Positions 62,741 through 64,000 of a stretch of 64,000 nucleotides of DNA are shown piece by piece. Origin of the DNA: Sulfolobales archaeon HS-7 (lineage in GTDB: Archaea; Thermoproteota; Thermoprotei_A; Sulfolobales; Sulfolobaceae); the NCBI GenBank assembly GCA_019704295.1, contig AP024596.1, positions 1,536,001-1,600,000 on the forward strand. The letters are read 5' to 3'. The notes below the pieces were generated by a model that searched no databases, was not told the DNA's origin, and saw only the letters and a program-made list of their open reading frames with translations. Numbering within the stretch: the stretch's first letter is position 1; each line of letters begins with the position of its first letter. Position numbers and translations under genes: made by a program.

Positions 62741-64000
62741 ATGCCGGTTGTGGTCTCAGATCACATGGATGAAGACGTAGATTTTTACGTACCTCCTGGA
62801 GCGGACGCTACTGATGCCCTCAATGACGCGTTAATACTATCAGAAATTTACGGTGTTGCACACATAGTTATAAGGGGTAGACTCTACGTTTACGCCTCTT
62901 CGAACCCTACATTAACATTGGATCAATCGGAACATTACGTATTCGAGGGAGATGGTCTCGGTGAAATAGTCTATGTAAATCCGAATGGTATTTCGAATCC
63001 TGCTAGTATGATATCAATATCCCCAATAGCAACGCAAGAGATTAGTTATGCCTCAAGCAATGCATCTGTTACAGGGGTGCTTCAGTATTCCACCTACGGA
63101 TGGATAGTGGCTTTCCGTAACTTAAGACTATCCAACCTCACAAGCCAACGGTGGCTAATTATAACAAGCTTTCCCAATAAGATGCACTCGACTATGTTTT
63201 ACTTTGAAGGGGTGCAGTTCTTCTCATCGATTTGGATAAATGAAACTACATTGGTTCTGTTCTATAACTGCTATGTAAATAACAACGAAATTCTAATCGA
63301 CTCCCAGTCTAGGGAAGCCATAGTGTTAGGAACCAGGTTCGAGAATAACGGGGGGTTGGCAATATCTCCTCGTGGCTATGCCGTAATAGGATGCACTTTC
63401 GTCTCGTCAAATACATATCTTAATCCTGGAGTTGACGGAAACAACGGTTCCATAATTGGTTGCGTTTTCGATTATGCTAGGCTTATAACACAGGGCGCTA
63501 ATAATTTAAGAGTTGTAGCGTCGCAATTCCAGAACGTCACCTTCTCAGGAAACGGGGGGTATGTGGAACTCACTCAGGGAGTAGATTACGCAATAGTCGC
63601 GTGTACTTTCGAAAGTTATCAGGTTACTATAAGTGATATTTACGGGGGGAGGAGCCTCTTCATAGCATTCAATACCTTTAACTTCGGATCTAACGTGGTT
63701 GTCCAAATAAGGGACGGATATTACATTGACTCTATTGTGATTACCGGAAACGTATTCATATCTCAACCCTATCACGCTTCCCTAATCTTTATTACAGGTA
63801 GTCCCGCTCCAGGTTCTAGCACAGTTCAGTTTACGGGAAAATTCAAAATGCTATACGCTACCTTTAACACCTTTATAAGTGGGGGGAAAGGTCCGGCATA
63901 CGGCGTATCAGTTTCATCATCGCAACAGGTCAGCGGCCGGGCGTACATAACTATAGCCCTCAGCGGAGTTTACTCGTACATAGCCTTCAACTACTTCGAA
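62741..64000 (+). CDS. Right-handed beta-helix (pectin lyase-like) protein, runs off the window; not in ORF track
   Basis: ATG directly after the upstream TAG: MPVVVSDHMDEDVDFYVPPGADATDALNDAL...FEGDG; repeats VIGCTF, IIGCVF, VVASQF, IVACTF. Confidence 0.82.
   Translation, partial: MPVVVSDHMDEDVDFYVPPGADATDALNDALILSEIYGVAHIVIRGRLYVYASSNPTLTLDQSEHYVFEGDGLGEIVYVNPNGISNPASMISISPIATQEISYASSNASVTGVLQYSTYGWIVAFRNLRLSNLTSQRWLIITSFPNKMHSTMFYFEGVQFFSSIWINETTLVLFYNCYVNNNEILIDSQSREAIVLGTRFENNGGLAISPRGYAVIGCTFVSSNTYLNPGVDGNNGSIIGCVFDYARLITQGANNLRVVASQFQNVTFSGNGGYVELTQGVDYAIVACTFESYQVTISDIYGGRSLFIAFNTFNFGSNVVVQIRDGYYIDSIVITGNVFISQPYHASLIFITGSPAPGSSTVQFTGKFKMLYATFNTFISGGKGPAYGVSVSSSQQVSGRAYITIALSGVYSYIAFNYFE

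Noticed and set aside
3413-63775. Many 60-180 aa ORFs overlapping larger genes (e.g. 3413, 6261, 11207, 26140, 37615, 50938, 63545)
   Set aside because: They lie antisense to or inside well-supported CDSs and have no motifs of their own
1-64000. CRISPR array, tRNA or rRNA genes
   Set aside because: No regularly spaced 24-37-bp repeats and no tRNA/rRNA-like GC-rich segments seen by eye

Overview
64 kb of a thermoacidophilic archaeal chromosome, most likely Sulfolobales. The basis is a LacS-type GH1, an Opp-type ABC binding protein with a Ser/Thr linker and C-terminal anchor, TATA boxes about 25 nt before start codons, and ISC-like IS remnants. Left half (1-27.4 kb): accessory metabolism interleaved with decayed IS pieces. 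It holds an MFS transporter, an orphan ParA/MinD ATPase, a beta-hydroxyacid dehydrogenase, an IS-bracketed islet (ArgH-like lyase, APC permease, M28-like protein with apparently lost metal ligands), an NRAMP-related transporter, an S9 peptidase, lacS and a TPR protein. It also holds a split Opp-type ABC system whose second ATPase appears to start at ACG and which encloses a Tat-exported putative glutamic peptidase. At 28.8-30 kb is a coupled pair: a Zn-finger/CADD-like (heme-oxygenase-fold) oxidase and a Ta0938-like Cys protein. Right half (about 27.7-64 kb): a very large surface-glycan/exopolysaccharide locus with 7 intact GT4, 8 GT2-type genes (some degenerate or frameshifted), 2 more GT pseudogenes, GT-C/polymerase-like membrane proteins, a flippase, a secreted phosphoesterase, DUF1616/DUF4350-like and Ig-like surface proteins, and a Tat-LamG plus beta-helix pair. 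I saw no rRNA, tRNA or CRISPR array. All family calls come from reading motifs by eye, not from database searches.
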